Source: Haliotis rubra (lineage: Eukaryota). From it: a stretch of DNA of 64,000 nucleotides. The position numbers were made by a program, and so were the translations under genes. Below are positions 51,601 to 63,748 of the stretch, one piece after another. Position 1 is the stretch's first letter. Each line of letters begins with the position of its first letter. Under the pieces are notes generated by a model. That model had not been told where the DNA came from, made no database searches, and saw only the letters and a list, made by a program, of their open reading frames with translations. The stretch spans positions 1,364,001 through 1,428,000 of the forward strand of contig NW_025765448.1 of assembly GCF_003918875.1 (NCBI RefSeq). Direction: 5' to 3'.

Positions 51601-54600
51601 AATGATTTCTCTAGATTCACTGGCATTTATTATCAGAAAAGTTTATATATTGTGACACCGTTTCAATCATATTGTCCAAATGAAAGTAAAATTATGCGTC
51701 CTAGAATATACACGCGTACATACACAGAGTGCAACTTTAACTAACTTACATGCAAAAAAGAGTGAGTGAGTGTGTTTAGTTTTACGCCGCTTTTAGCAAT
51801 ATTCCAACAACATCACGGCGGGGAAAAATAGAAATGGGCTTCATTGTACCCATGTGGGGAATTGAACCCCGGTCTTCGGCGTGACGAACGAACGCTTTAA
51901 CCACTAGGCTACCCCACCGCCCCCTTAACAAGAAACTACGATATCGTATATACATATACATCAAACAAGTTGGTTCTTTAGAACATAATAAAGCAAGAAC
52001 ACATATTACAAAATATAGTTTTCATGAAATATCAGATTGATTCATGTGCAAGCATGCTCCTTCACCACGTGTAACCAGATAATTTAAAATTAGCATATTC
52101 AAATTCATAAAATAGAACGCGTAAAACCAAGAATATTATACGATAAGGACGTTCGTAGTATATATTTAATATACGTATTAATTGTGAACTTAATATCCTT
52201 AACCTTGAAAAGGTATATACGATCATCTGACCAACTATTTAATCTAACTGTTTCTGGAGTTATCAATGGATGCTAGTGACACCTGCAAGTTGCCATTCCA
52301 CCACGTAAACACATTTGTTAGGAAAATATGTGAATATTTATAAAAGCATACTTTAGGTAATGTAGGTCAGGTTCATAATAAGCCTAGCTGTTGAATTAAT
52401 ATATTTTGTGTTGAATATTCCTTTTGTTGTTAAACAGAGAAGTTCCAAGCCACGATCGTTTTGTTTGTTTTGGCTGCCGAGTACACTGCATACGCCCAAA
52501 CGACCTGTGTTTTTGTGAATACGTTTGTTACAGTATGAGTTTCTTTACTTTTTCCACTTATCTAATAAATTATTTTAAAATGCCAATTTACCGCTGACTC
52601 GAAATCCCCTCAACAGGGCTTGTTTCACGAAACGAGCTCAGCCGTTAGTCTCGTATTCCCCGCAACGCAGTGAGTGAGTGAGTTTAGGTTTACGCCGCAC
52701 TCAGCAATATTCCAGCTATATGGCGGCGGTCGGTAAATAATCGAGTCTGGACCAGACAATCCAGTGATCAACAGCATGAGCTTCGATCTAAGCAATCGGG
52801 AACCGATGACAGGTGTCAACCAAGTCGGCGCCCCGCAACGGGCACAGGTTCCCAAAGCGATCTCAGTCAAGTTAATTGGTCTCGCTTAACCAAGTCATTT
52901 GAGCAATGTCGCGCTCGAATATTACAAAATATCTCCATTTCAATTTCAATAAGTTTCCAATAATGGGCGTCAAGCACACGTGCATATTGTGTAATATATT
53001 TTATGAATACACGTAGGTTACAATGACATCAGGTTTTTTTTATTAGCAAGTCAGGGTTTTAAAATATACGTCATTGTGTAACGAATATATAACTAACTGT
53101 AAATGAGATGTCCATTGTGAAGAGCAATAGTACGACGACTATAAATCAATATAAACAACAATACTGTTGTGTTTATGGAAGCTTTCATAGAAGTATTGAG
53201 CGTTTTTGGTTTCCAGTACCAAGGCCACCTAGAGCACTTTATTAACACAGTTAATGTCTATATATTGAATCAACTCCGAAATATGAGACAATACAAATCA
53301 ATTAGCAATATCCGAATGGTACAATTTAACCAACATAAGGCAATATCCTATATCAGATTAACATTCTCCCGACAGTGCAAGTACAGCATGCATAGAACTG
53401 AACACTGAAACCAAGAGAAGATGCAAGCAGTATTCTTGGCATGCATTGAAATATATTTCACGACGAGATATAATAAGAATTATTATTAATACATACTGAA
53501 ATGCAATAGAAAAGTAACTGTATGCGATGTTTATTGATGGGGATTTATCGCATACCAACTCAAAGTCTGGAAAACATGTTACCAAAATACCTTCCTATAT
53601 CTTGGCGTATATAACTACCTGTATTTGGCTTTTTACATCTGGAAGGAATAATACTATTCTGAGCTTCAGAAGGGCGATCGATTGTCGATTTATGCCTTTA
53701 GCAATATTCCAGCAGTATCATGGAAGTTGACACTGAAAATGGGCTTCAGACATTGTACCAACGCGGGGGAATCGAACCCGGGTTTTCGGCGTGACAAGCA
53801 AAAGCTTCAACCACTTGGCTACCCCACATCTTCAAAAGAACATGATAGCAGGCTCAGTTTGAGCTCTCCTAGTTATGTCGAGAGTCGAAATATTTCCAAA
53901 AGTTTGTTGCATGTGTCTTGTTTAATGCCGCTCTCGGCAATATATTGTATAAAAGTGTGTGACTATGGTTTTACGCCGCTTTCAGCAATATTCCAGCAAT
54001 ATCACCGCGGGGGACACCAGAAATGGGCTTCACACACTGTACCTATATGGGGATTCGAACCCGGGTCCTCGGCGAAACGAGGAAACGCTTTAACCAGAGG
54101 CTACCCCACCGCCCCAGTCAAATAACAATCAACAGCATCGTGGCACACAATCACCAGATTCCACCCTCACGATCCTCATTTTAATCCAACGTTTTCGATC
54201 AGAATAAGAAACTTTGGGACCTACATATGGACGCAACAAGTTGTCGCGAGTTCCAGGGAATTATACGAAGCATATGGAATAGTTAGGATTATACAGTATC
54301 GGTGTCATATAGCAATACACATTCATTGCTCATACGCCAGGTGCAGCTGTATGTGAGGAAATATAGAGCCATGCTTCGTGAAACTGGTTACTCTCCACCG
54401 ATACGACATTCAGTTGTTCAGAAAGACAGACGTTGATGTATCTAAAGCATGAAACATCAGTGACAGTTTTCTAGAAATGAGAACATCCAGTCTTGTGTAA
54501 GAAGACAACAGGCCTTTTTCCGCTCCTATAAAGGATGAATCACATCTACATCATTAACCCATTTCCTTGCCGTGCAGGACAGTTCTTTATAGGTCACGCA

Positions 54601-57600
54601 GCACGAACGACCAGGCCAATACACGACCTCTGACATCATCACCATGTCGCCATGTTTTCTGTTTCAGTTAAACAGGTTTATAAACTGCTAATGTCTTAGA
54701 AGGTTCATAAAATATCTCTTTTAAGGTCGGCACAAGTAAAGTCTATCACAAAGGCCCTTTGAAGACAACAAACGTTGGATCGTGCCCGTTAAAAACGGTT
54801 TCAGTTCTATTTTCAAGAACTTTTAACAAGATATCTTTCATTGTCTACACGCGTTTCCGTGGTTTTAGAGAATTTTTGTTTTTCATTTAAAACAGTTTTT
54901 TGACAGTTTACTTTTTAGTAATATAATAGACGTGATCTAAAAATGCTACAAAAATAGACAAAAGAATGTTAATTTTTAAAAATTGTTTGCAAAGATTTCA
55001 GTATTTGATGGTAGGAGCGTCTCTGTGTGATGGGTATGGTCACGTGGTGCTGCATGACACTGTCAATGGGGGCGTTATAACCTGACACTGGCCTCCAGGT
55101 CGCTTGGTGTTATATTGTAGTCTTGGTGAAGCCTGAAATTCAGATAATGATTACACATCTACCAAGATGGTAGCGTCAGGTCTTAGGCTTTTGGACATTC
55201 CTAATTAGACTTGGTAATAACATATGATATGGGACAGAGTAAGTGAGTTTAGTTCTACGCCACACTCAGCAATATTCCAGCTATATGGCGGTCGTCTGTA
55301 AATAATCGAGTCTGGACCAGACAATCCAGGGATCAACAGCATGAATATCGATCTACGCAATTAGGATACAATGACATGTGTCAACCAAGTCAGTGAGCCT
55401 GACCACCAGATCCCGTTAGTCGCCTCTTACGACAAGCATGGGTTACTGAAGATCAATATTCTAACCCGGATCTTCACGGGTCGATATAGGACAGAACTAG
55501 GTGTGGTACTTGTCACAATTGTAGAAACAAAGATCTAAAATTCGACGTATATATCGAGTTCCCTCACTTTCTGAGGTCCGTACGAGACCACCAAACACTT
55601 GGAAAACTTCGGAGAAGATTCTATCGGTCTTTTTTTCCGAGAAAGTAGTTGTGCTTCTTCTAAAAGCATTGTCGTCGTTTCCCGAGAGTTTGGTCGTCGT
55701 TGTTCCAACTGCTTGATCGTCGTTCTTCCGACGGTTTGGTCATCTCTTAATAGACACTTCAGTTTTGTGTGAAAATAATTTCTTTGGTGATTATTGTGTT
55801 TTCAACCCTGACATTTGATATATAATCGTGTAATTTTGGCCCATTGTAAAATTTTAAATCCTTCAATTAAAAAATGTTAAATGCGGTGAAAAAATGTTTG
55901 TTAAATGCAGATAAGTTAATGTAGCATTTACCCTGCCTGTGCGTGAGAAATTAATGTCAAATATAGTAAACAATATATATATAGCTATTACTTGTCATAT
56001 GTTTGGTGAGGTGAGGTGAGGTGAAATTGGGTTTAACGACGTGCTTGAGAATATTTCGCTCATATGACGACGTGCATGCGTGTGTATGTGTAGGTTCGGC
56101 TGCTTGTACTAGCCCAGACTGAAGCTGGTTATATAGTGCTAACCCACTGAGATACCATGCCGCAGTGAAGCATGAATACCCCACTCAGACACATTATACT
56201 GACTCCGAGCCGACCAGTCCTTGTTGTACCCATTAATGCCGAGCGCCAGGCAGGGACCAACAAGTACCATATTTTAAAGTCTTTTGGTATGACGCGGCCT
56301 GGGATAGAACCCGCGACCTTCCGCTCTCCAGGCGGACGCTCTAACCACTACACCACGGAGGCGGTCTCATATGTTTGGACGCCTGTATAGCTATATTCCA
56401 GCATGTATGGACGGGGGTCTGAAAACATTGAGTCTGAACGACCCAGGGGTTGATATCATGAGCACCGATAAAAGGATGACATGTATAGTCGAGGCCACTG
56501 AGCCTGGATAACAGATCCATCTGATCTCTTCTTACGAAACGCATACGTTGCAGGGGATATATTTTTACCCGGAATTAATGCTGGTGCCATATTTTCTGAC
56601 AATAAATTTGGTCAAACGCTACAGAATCTGGAACCATTTCATTAAGCCGATGAAAGTCTTCTTGCATGTAGGGCAAATATAAGGGGAGACAACTCTAATT
56701 TACTTACTCCTCTGCCACCTTGATGGCCTCCCCTGTTACCGTGTTGTTGCTGCCATCTGTGATGGGGATATTGCTTCCGGCGTTGGTCGTCACTTCAGCA
56801 ACGGTCTTACCCAGACTGATGAACTGACTTATATCTGGCAGACATCTGTTTACAACTGCAATGATATATTTGGATGTGCATTCAGACATCAGTGAATTAC
56901 TGAGTGAGTGAGTGAGTGAGGTACGTTTTACGCCGCACTCAGCAATATTCCAGCTATGTGGCGGTGGTCACTAGATAATCGGATCTAGCGACGTTTTTTG
57001 CCGCCATTATGTCCACGCGCGTATTTCATGACAGCTGGTTGGTAAATAATCGAGTATGGACCAGACAATCCAGCGATCAACATCATGAGCACACATCTAC
57101 ATAATTGTGACACGATGACATGTGTCAACCAAGTCAGCGAACCTGACCACGCGATCCGTTGGTCGCCTCTTACGACAAGCATGGGTTACTGAAGATCAAT
57201 TTTAACCCGGATCTTCACGGGTCTCGTCACGTCAGAGTTCGAGGTCTTACATGGTTATAATGAGAGACCTGTAAGGAGGATACAGATGTATTCACATATT
57301 TGCTTACAACTGCAAGGATATATTCGGAGTGGCACCAAGGCGCCAGTTTACTCCTGCAATGGTGTGTTATCACACACAACTATATACTATGACACAAAAT
57401 CATTCACATCAATCAGAACAATAAACCACCCAAAGTAGTTCAGTAGTAGGCTTGGCCTAATTTGTTCAGGTTTAAGGCAACATTAACTTAAAAAAAACAT
57501 CCCTTTGTCAGCCATGAGTGAGTGAGTTTGTTTCAGTTTTACGCCGCTTTTAGCAATATTCCCGCAATATCACGGAGGGGACACAAGAAATGGTCTTCAC

Positions 57601-60600
57601 ACATTGTACCCATGTGAGGAATCGAACTCGGGTATTCAGCGTCACGAGCGAACGCTTTAACCACTAGGCTACACAACCGCCCCTTTTCAGTCATGGAATC
57701 ACTTGCTTTAAACATGCATAAATATTTCATTCAGCCCACGTTATGTGGCATGGCACCCAGTTTTTCACAGCACTGAAACCTTGTTTCCACCTTGGCAATC
57801 ACTGGATAGAACCTTTGACAATTGCCAAAATGTTTAACGAATGAATGTCGTCAAATTTGCCTGCCTGATCACTGTCCACCATTGCTTACGCCGAGCATGT
57901 GATATTTGGGACCTATTATTACCTGGAATCCCGTGGAGTGAGTGAGTATGGTTTTACGTCGCTTTTAGCAATATTCCAGCAATATCACGGCGGGGGACAC
58001 CAGAAATTAGCTTCACACATTGTTCCCATGTGGGGAATCGAACCCGGGTCTTCAGCGTGATGAGCGGACGCTTTAACCACTAGGCTACCCCACTGCCCCT
58101 GGAATCCTGTGGAGAAATAGGCCATATTTCTTACCTGGGGTGCTCTTGAGGTAGAACGGGGCACAAGCCTTTGAAAATACTAAGTCCTTCACCATCTGCA
58201 AGGAGAAGGTAAAATGGTTAATTGTTTACTGGAAATTATGTACCAAGCTTGTTTAAAATGGTTAAAATATAAAATCACTGCAAACTAGAAGTCCTAAATG
58301 TACCTATGAAATCAGTATGAAAATACCATCGAATAACCACCGAATAACCATTCGTTATTTGTTTCATTTATAGCCACGTTCAAACATTGGGGAATACCCT
58401 ATTTTGTACGGCACTGTATTTATGAATATTTCGTATCCCACGAATAGTCATTTTACACGAATACCTACAAGCCCCACAAAAAAATGCTTGTTTCTCGTCA
58501 TTTTAAAGTAAGAAGACATACGTAAGTCGGAATTTTTTTTCTTTAATTGGATGCAATAAGCCAAGTTTATGTGTCTTTTTCGAGAATAATATAATTATTC
58601 TCAAAGTATTCATTACAATGCATCTTTTACTTGACGACCGGGGCGTCCGGACGGGAATATATAAAAACAGGAATGGAGAACAACTAAACAATGCGGAATC
58701 GGAACAGAATTTAGAGTGCAAAAACGTTTTGGGGCCGGACTGGTCCTACAAGCAGGAGTATTTCTTACCTGTGTTTTGTCGGCTCCGTCAACGCATATCA
58801 AATCCGTCGCGGCATTTCCGGTTTTGAGGAAGTCTGTGGCGGCCACGTAGTTGACATCTGGACAGCTCGACACACACACCTAGAGAACAGGGCAACCTTT
58901 TTAACCCGGACACCGCTCTTCTGGACACTAGGCGTAATGACTGAGTGAGTTTAGTTTTACGCCGCTTTTAGCAATATTCCAGCAATATCACGGTGGGGAC
59001 ACCAGAAATGGGCTTCACACATTGTACCCATGTGGGGAATCGAACCCGGGTCTTCGGCGTGACGAGCGAACGCTTTAACCGCTAGGCCCCTTCGGCGTAA
59101 TGAGTGATTTAACATTTAAGGCCGCGTCGGTATATTTCAGCCATATAAGTCATAATTAATGATATTGAAGCATATCATGAATCGGACAAAAGGCATATTT
59201 CATCATAATACATAATCTATGCAAAGTTGCATTTCCATACTGGTTTTATTAAAAATTCAGAATGGTTTGTCACAGAATAATCCATCCACGTCCTGGTGGC
59301 TTCTACATATCTGACTTTGTGAAAATGTAACTAGTGATCGATTGCATGAACACCGATCCACACATGACGACACAGTTAAGCAAACATCGTTAACCGATCG
59401 ACATTTCTTCTCTTTTGACCAGCATATTGTCCTAACCTGATCCCTTATCCCCACTGGTTTGAGATCCGGGTTAGAATTGGTCTTCAATAACACATGCTTG
59501 TCGTAAGAGGCGACTAACGGGATCGGGTGGTCAGGCTCGCTGACTCGCTGACACATGTCATCGTGCCCCAATTACGTAGATCGATGCTCATGTTGTTGAT
59601 CACCGGATTGTCTGGTCTAGACTCGATTATTTACAGACCTCCGCCACATAGCTGGAATATTGCTGAGTGTGGCGTTAAACCACAGCCCAACCAACCCACT
59701 GGTTTGACTGAAGGTATCACCCTACCTGGGGGGTGGGGCAACCGTTGATGAACACGCCAGGACCCATCCGGCCGCACTCCGTCAGGTCGAAAAAGAACAA
59801 GTTGTTTCTCCCCCTGTAACCAATGGGCCGTATGTTATCCGCTGATCTTTATGGGGTTTTCAATAAAATCTATGCATTTCTAAAATAAATAATACAAATA
59901 AGATTTCTGAAACTAGAATATTTCTCTGCAGAAGTTTTCTAAAGAAACACAAAATTAGCCTATTATCTACAAGAACAAATTTCAAATTTGTGGATAGAAA
60001 TGCATTTCCTCATACAAGCTTCTAAAGCAATATTGTTCAATGCTGGATATATACTAGCCACATAAAGAAACTGTGCATTGTCAAAATATTATTCCAGCTG
60101 ATAAGTACGATAACAATGTCAAAGGTACATATAAACTTTAATGGAGGGATCATGAGACCATAACAAGTCGGGAGAATTTCAATTGAAAAGTCAATCACAA
60201 TGACGTCACGAATCCACAAGCGGGACAGGGGTCAAACGACCATCTCGTCCCAAACATGCTCTATCGGGGAGATCCGGTGAATTTGCAGGCCAAGGCAGTA
60301 AGTCAACGTTGTGGTGTTGCAAGAAATCCATAGCAACCCTTGCCGTATGAGGACGGGCATTGTCCTGTTGGAATGTTAACCCAGGGCCATGACGTTGCAG
60401 AAAAATTACCACAGGTCGAAGAATCTGATCCCTGTTGCCGACACCAGTAAAGTTGCCCTGAACAATCACCAAAGGAGTTCTTTGGCGTGCTGTTAATCCA
60501 CCCCAAATCATCACGGAACCACCACCAAAGCGATTCCTCTCCAAGACACATGCCTGTGCATAACGTTCTCTCACGCGTCTATAGGCACGTTGACGTCCAT

Positions 60601-63600
60601 CACTATGGGAAATGTTAAACCTGGACTCATCTGTAAAAACATTTCTCCACCAAAACAAGGGTCTGCGGACATGATTTCGGCACCACATTCGGCGAGCTTG
60701 TCGATGACGTTGTGTCAATATAGACCGTATGGCGGGACGTCGTGGTCTGATCCCGTGATGACGTAAACGTTGTCGAACTGTGTTTGGGTGGATACGGCGA
60801 AGTCCTGGGATGGTTCGGGCAGTCATCACTGCAGTCTGAAACCTGTGGCGAAGATGGGTCACCCTTATCCATCTGTCCTGTCTTGGCGTTGTTACACGTG
60901 GACATCCAGAACGTGGCCGATCGATGACGTCATTTGTGTTCTGGTAGCGTCTCACCAGCGCAGAAAATGTGTTCCGGTGGCAATGGAAATGTGCAGCCAC
61001 TTGTCGTTGAGACATTCCCCCACGGACCATCCCAATGGCCTCATGACGTTGTGCAGACGTGAGCCTTGGCATGCTATGCGTTTCAATAGCCGTTTAATTT
61101 TTTGAACGATCGCAAGGGCAGGGGTTGAGCTTTCCAAAGTGACAGTATTGTGTGGCATTCATTTGCTCTGTTTCTCTTTCCCGGAATGCACGTGCACCAA
61201 CGTATTGCACGTCTCAAGGACGAACCCACTGACGTCACGGAACGTGGCACGTGCATGCATTTTGGATACATGTCACTAATCTCTGAGTTTAAATCCTTAT
61301 GTGTCTACACAGATTTGATAAATTTAGATTTAAAATTTTTGTATGCACAGTTTCTTTATGTGCCTAGTATAAGTTTATTCAAGTTGCATGATTCCCTCTG
61401 CAGGGTCATAATCTGGCTGGTGCTCATTCCTAGTTTGATCCCTCGTGCTTTCTTACGCCCTCTCACTATAAACAACGATGTCATGGTAGCTGTTGTCGTC
61501 ACCATGATTTCTTTCTGGTGCCGAAATTGGCAACACAGAGTTGTTTCCCTTTTCCATACGATGATGGAATAATCCACAAGAGAAATAATGCTATAATCAC
61601 AAATACACTCGAGAAGTGATCATTACAATATATATATGTAAGTAATTGAACTCACCGCATTGTACCAATGCCGCACAGGTTACCCTGAGAATCCTGGGGG
61701 TAGAGCAGGAGGGTGGGGTCTCCATAGGCATAGGCTGTGGGGGAAGTAAGAGTCATGTTACTATGACGTTGTGGTAAGGTGGGTGAGTTGCTGCTTAGTT
61801 TTAGCCGTCATAGCTGCACATCTTACATAGGGTGCTGTTCAAATGTTCGAATCCCAAAAAATTTCTTCATATTGTTTTAACGTTGTCTGTTGGTTCCATT
61901 GATATGTAGGTTGCCATTTAACGTGGTTTACCGTGTCATTTGTGTGGCTATCTTTTCTTTATTCCACACTTTGGTACTGTACTTTCAGTGAGTGATTATC
62001 CTGGTTTTGTACCCCGATGGTTTTACCCCGATGGCCTGCAATATCACGGCGGGGGACACCACAAATGTCTCACACATTGTACCCATGTGAGGATTCGAAC
62101 ACGGGTCTCAGGCGTGAAGAGCGAACGCTTTAACCACTAGGCTACCCCATCGCCCTTCCTGAGATGAAGCTTTGCATGCGGTTAGGTACAGTTCAGTGAA
62201 AGAACACTGCACTACTGAGGAACACTGATATATTTGACAAGTCGGTGTCTCCGAGCTGTAAGAGCTGAGAATGGAATTGTGATGATGGTGATGATGATTG
62301 TGATGATGGTGATGATGATGGTGATATTAAATGTGTGTGAGGTGTGTGAGTGTCACAAGTGACTCACCATAAAAGCCCACTACCACCTGTCCCCCCACGA
62401 ACGCCAGGAACAGGATACAGCAGATGATGTCCGTACATGATCTGTGGATATATATATGTTATAATATATTATATATAAATTATCATTTATATATTATAAC
62501 ATAATGTATATAATGTGTGCTATAATGTGTTATATATTGTGATATGTCATAATGTGTTATATATTATGGTATAACGCGATATGTGTTATAATGTGTTATA
62601 CATTATGTTATATATTATATCGCTTTAAATATTATGCTACAGCGTGTTACATAGCATGACATATGCTATTACGTGTTATGTATCACGATACATATGACAT
62701 ACAGTGTATCATAATCTGTTAATCGACACAAGCTTTGATCTGTGGAGATACATGCTATAACGTGATACATGAGATACGCTTGGATAGTTGGGGATACAAA
62801 GATATATGATATAACTTGTTATATATGAGACACAAGTTAACATATATGTACTAAACATATATTACGAGATATATATTAAAAAAAGGCTTACATCATCTAC
62901 CATATACTTGATATCCAATCTCTATATATGCATTATGTATATCATATAGCAAGCTATACTCGAAACAACATAATGTTCAGATATATCTCGTAACTAGTTA
63001 CATCAGACAAACGTCATGGTAATATATTACGATATGATATGACGTCGATACGCTGATTTGTAGATACCAACGATAGATGCTATTACAAGTTTCTATCAAA
63101 CAGATGCTATAATCTGCGGATATATGTTGTGTATATAAACTATAACGTGATATATACTATAAGTGCACGGATATACAAGGCATGGATATCTGTATAGGGG
63201 ATATGCATCGTGATATACACGTGACAGTCGTATATATTTCTCTTCCTATTACATGACGTAGGAAACGATTACGAGCTATAAATCTGGAATCTGTCAAGAT
63301 GTATGTTCCGCGAAATGGATTTGAACAGTAAACTTTATGATAAAAATAATGTCCCAGCTGCTCATTTAAAACACAGTATGTTAGTCGTGTTAAATTATTT
63401 AATAAATGTTCCATTTCGGCTATTGTGATGCTAATTTGTAACAGCATCTGTGATAAGATATAATGTTCCGTATTCTTTACATTTCAAATATAAAACTTGA
63501 GAAATGTGTTGTTCTGTCTCATCCATCTGGTTTGTCACATAATGGATTCCCTTGCAACCTGATGGATTACACTGAAGCTCAGATATATATTGATATAAAT

Positions 63601-63748
63601 AATCACTTTGGGTCTTGTAACGTTCAATACACAAACCATAAATCTGGAACGTGTGTAGCAAAATTGATTTTAAAATTTGAAAAGCTTGAAAAAGCCTACC
63701 TCTTTTTGATTGGTCCTTTGAAAGATGGGTCGTAAACCAATGGTTTCC
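33463..63748 (-). CDS. SLC44A2: Choline transporter-like protein (CTL2/CTL4-like, SLC44 family), 22 coding exons, 5'-partial
   Basis: Exons (minus): 63748-63700, 62441-62368, 61734-61656, 59813-59726, 58879-58769, 58195-58135, 56855-56708, 50848-50765, 49809-49697, 49327-49211, 48386-48287, 47123-47031, 44657-44525, 42231-42176, 41095-40919, 40074-39946, 39408-39339, 38573-38500, 37812-37742, 37008-36920, 35372-35288, 33572-33463. All are GT-AG with matching phases. Translation gives CTL hallmark motifs [129 protein letters not shown]. The A2 vs A4 paralog cannot be resolved by eye. Confidence 0.95.
33578..34545. repeat. (GAT)n compound microsatellite with ~65-70-bp higher-order unit
   Basis: GATGGTGATAATAATGATAGTATTCCTATGATCTAG(ATG)n repeated. 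Confidence 0.9.
35288..35372 (-). CDS. SLC44A2: SLC44 exon [28 protein letters not shown]
   Basis: cgcag|GTC...C|gtgag, 85 bp. Confidence 0.94.
35558..36790. repeat. 32-bp minisatellite (~38 copies)
   Basis: Unit AAGTCAGATATCACCAGTAATCGGATATAAAC. Confidence 0.95.
36920..37008 (-). CDS. SLC44A2: SLC44 exon [29 protein letters not shown]
   Basis: tgcag|GA...GTG|gtgag, 89 bp. Confidence 0.93.
37742..37812 (-). CDS. SLC44A2: SLC44 exon [23 protein letters not shown]
   Basis: ttcag|G...G|gtgag, 71 bp. Confidence 0.94.
38500..38573 (-). CDS. SLC44A2: SLC44 exon [24 protein letters not shown]
   Basis: ttcag|ACC...AG|gtaag, 74 bp. Confidence 0.94.
39339..39408 (-). CDS. SLC44A2: SLC44 exon [23 protein letters not shown]
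   Basis: tacag|A...ATC|gtaag, 70 bp. Confidence 0.94.
39628..39789. mobile_element. Palindromic MITE with adjacent partial duplication
   Basis: ~55-bp inverted arms (ATACTCATGGAGACGAAAAAGGGAACAC.. / ..GTGTTCCCTTTTTCGTTTTCATGAGTAT); the right arm and flank are repeated at ~39817-39887. Confidence 0.7.
39946..40074 (-). CDS. SLC44A2: SLC44 exon [13 protein letters not shown]...KFFL
   Basis: tccag|G...AC|gtgag, 129 bp. Confidence 0.94.
40919..41095 (-). CDS. SLC44A2: SLC44 exon [15 protein letters not shown]...[11 protein letters not shown]...CF
   Basis: ttcag|C...AG|gtagg, 177 bp. Confidence 0.93.
41656..42068. repeat. 22-bp tandem repeat GTCGCCTCTTACGACAAGCATG (~17-18 copies) inside a family B element
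   Basis: Direct inspection. Confidence 0.95.
42176..42231 (-). CDS. SLC44A2: SLC44 exon [18 protein letters not shown]
   Basis: ttcag|ACG...GA|gtaag, 56 bp; supplies the required phase 0 to phase 2 link. Confidence 0.87.
43160..44260 (-). mobile_element. L1/Tx1-like LINE reverse transcriptase fragment
   Basis: [52 protein letters not shown]; disrupted. Confidence 0.88.
44525..44657 (-). CDS. SLC44A2: SLC44 exon [12 protein letters not shown]...IPCDTD
   Basis: ccttaaccagctcaag|G...GAT|gtaag, 133 bp; YLAS motif. Confidence 0.9.
44658..47030 (-). other. U12-type (minor spliceosome) GT-AG intron of SLC44
   Basis: Donor GTATCCTTG matches consensus RTATCCTTT. Branch sequence CCTTAAC (44673-44667) ends 9 nt before the splice junction. 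There is no polypyrimidine tract. Confidence 0.88.
44667..45921. repeat. 47-bp minisatellite (~26 copies)
   Basis: Unit GTTAAGGTTTATACTGTATATACTAACGCCATC(T/C)GTATGTGTTTCTC. Confidence 0.95.
47031..47123 (-). CDS. SLC44A2: SLC44 exon [30 protein letters not shown]
   Basis: ttcag|G...GT|gtatccttg (U12-type donor), 93 bp. Confidence 0.92.
48287..48386 (-). CDS. SLC44A2: SLC44 exon [32 protein letters not shown]
   Basis: tgcag|GC...AG|gtatg, 100 bp. Confidence 0.93.
49211..49327 (-). CDS. SLC44A2: SLC44 exon SGYCFYEWY...KLFLGC
   Basis: ctag|GT...G|gtaag, 117 bp. Confidence 0.9.
49697..49809 (-). CDS. SLC44A2: SLC44 exon [26 protein letters not shown]...
   Basis: tgcag|G...G|gtcag, 113 bp. Confidence 0.92.
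50765..50848 (-). CDS. SLC44A2: SLC44 exon [27 protein letters not shown]
   Basis: tgcag|G...GT|gtaag, 84 bp. Confidence 0.92.
55082..55132 (-). CDS. Candidate symmetric cassette exon of SLC44 ([16 protein letters not shown])
   Basis: atttcag|G...AG|gttata, 51 bp, phase 2-2, open in frame between exons 56708 and 50848; donor is weak. Confidence 0.4.
55240..55481 (-). mobile_element. Non-tRNA short retroposon family B (representative copy)
   Basis: 5' CCCGTGAAGATCCGGGTTAGAA..GTCGTAAGAGGCGACTAACGGG; 3' tail shared with family A. Other copies at ~684-820, 4109-4350, 15998-16243, 31118-31320, 40160-40568, 41480-42105, 47337-47575, 48030-48200, 52671-52830, 56900-57222, 59461-59697. Confidence 0.85.
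56005..56367 (-). mobile_element. V-domain-like tRNA SINE
   Basis: Head GACCGCCTCCGTGGTGTAGTGGTTAGAGCG..GGGTTCTATCCC; body GTCATACCAAAAGACTTTAAAATATGGTAC..CCTGGCGCTCGGCATTAA; (CCTCA)n tail. Confidence 0.75.
56708..56855 (-). CDS. SLC44A2: SLC44 exon [12 protein letters not shown]...AIKVAE
   Basis: tgcag|TT...GA|gtaag, 148 bp; RCLP motif. Confidence 0.9.
57939..58099 (-). mobile_element. tRNA-derived SINE family A (representative copy)
   Basis: GGGGCAGTGGGGTAGCCTAGTGGTTAAAGCG..GGTTCGATTCCCC..GGAATATTGCTAAAAGC..(ACTC)n with 15-bp TSD TGGAATCC(C/T)GTGGAG. Other copies at ~243-411, 16984-17125, 32143-32300 (+), 42425-42655, 48432-48590, 50168-50311, 50534-50696, 51760-51924, 53697-53827, 53965-54115, 57516-57683, 58941-59093, 62035-62155. 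Confidence 0.9.
58135..58195 (-). CDS. SLC44A2: SLC44 exon [20 protein letters not shown]
   Basis: tgcag|ATG...G|gtaag, 61 bp. Confidence 0.88.
58769..58879 (-). CDS. SLC44A2: SLC44 exon [11 protein letters not shown]...GADKTQ
   Basis: ctag|GTG...CAG|gtaag, 111 bp. Confidence 0.92.
59726..59813 (-). CDS. SLC44A2: SLC44 exon [29 protein letters not shown]
   Basis: tacag|G...CAG|gtagg, 88 bp. Confidence 0.92.
60052..61369 (-). mobile_element. Tc1/mariner transposon, full length, defective transposase
   Basis: 27-bp TIRs TACTAG(C/G)CACATAAAGAAACTGTGCAT with TA target duplication; ORF 61072-60206 has [19 protein letters not shown] and WPANSPDL, then frameshifts. Confidence 0.95.
61656..61734 (-). 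CDS. SLC44A2: SLC44 exon [26 protein letters not shown]
   Basis: acag|CC...CG|gtgag, 79 bp. Confidence 0.93.
62368..62441 (-). CDS. SLC44A2: SLC44 exon [24 protein letters not shown]
   Basis: acag|A...G|gtgag, 74 bp. Confidence 0.93.
63700..63748 (-). CDS. SLC44A2: SLC44 exon [17 protein letters not shown]
   Basis: ttcag|GG...AG|gtagg, 49 bp. Confidence 0.9.

Noticed and set aside
58020-58099. tRNA-like sequences
   Set aside because: These are SINE heads attached to SINE bodies and tails; no complete cloverleaf seen.
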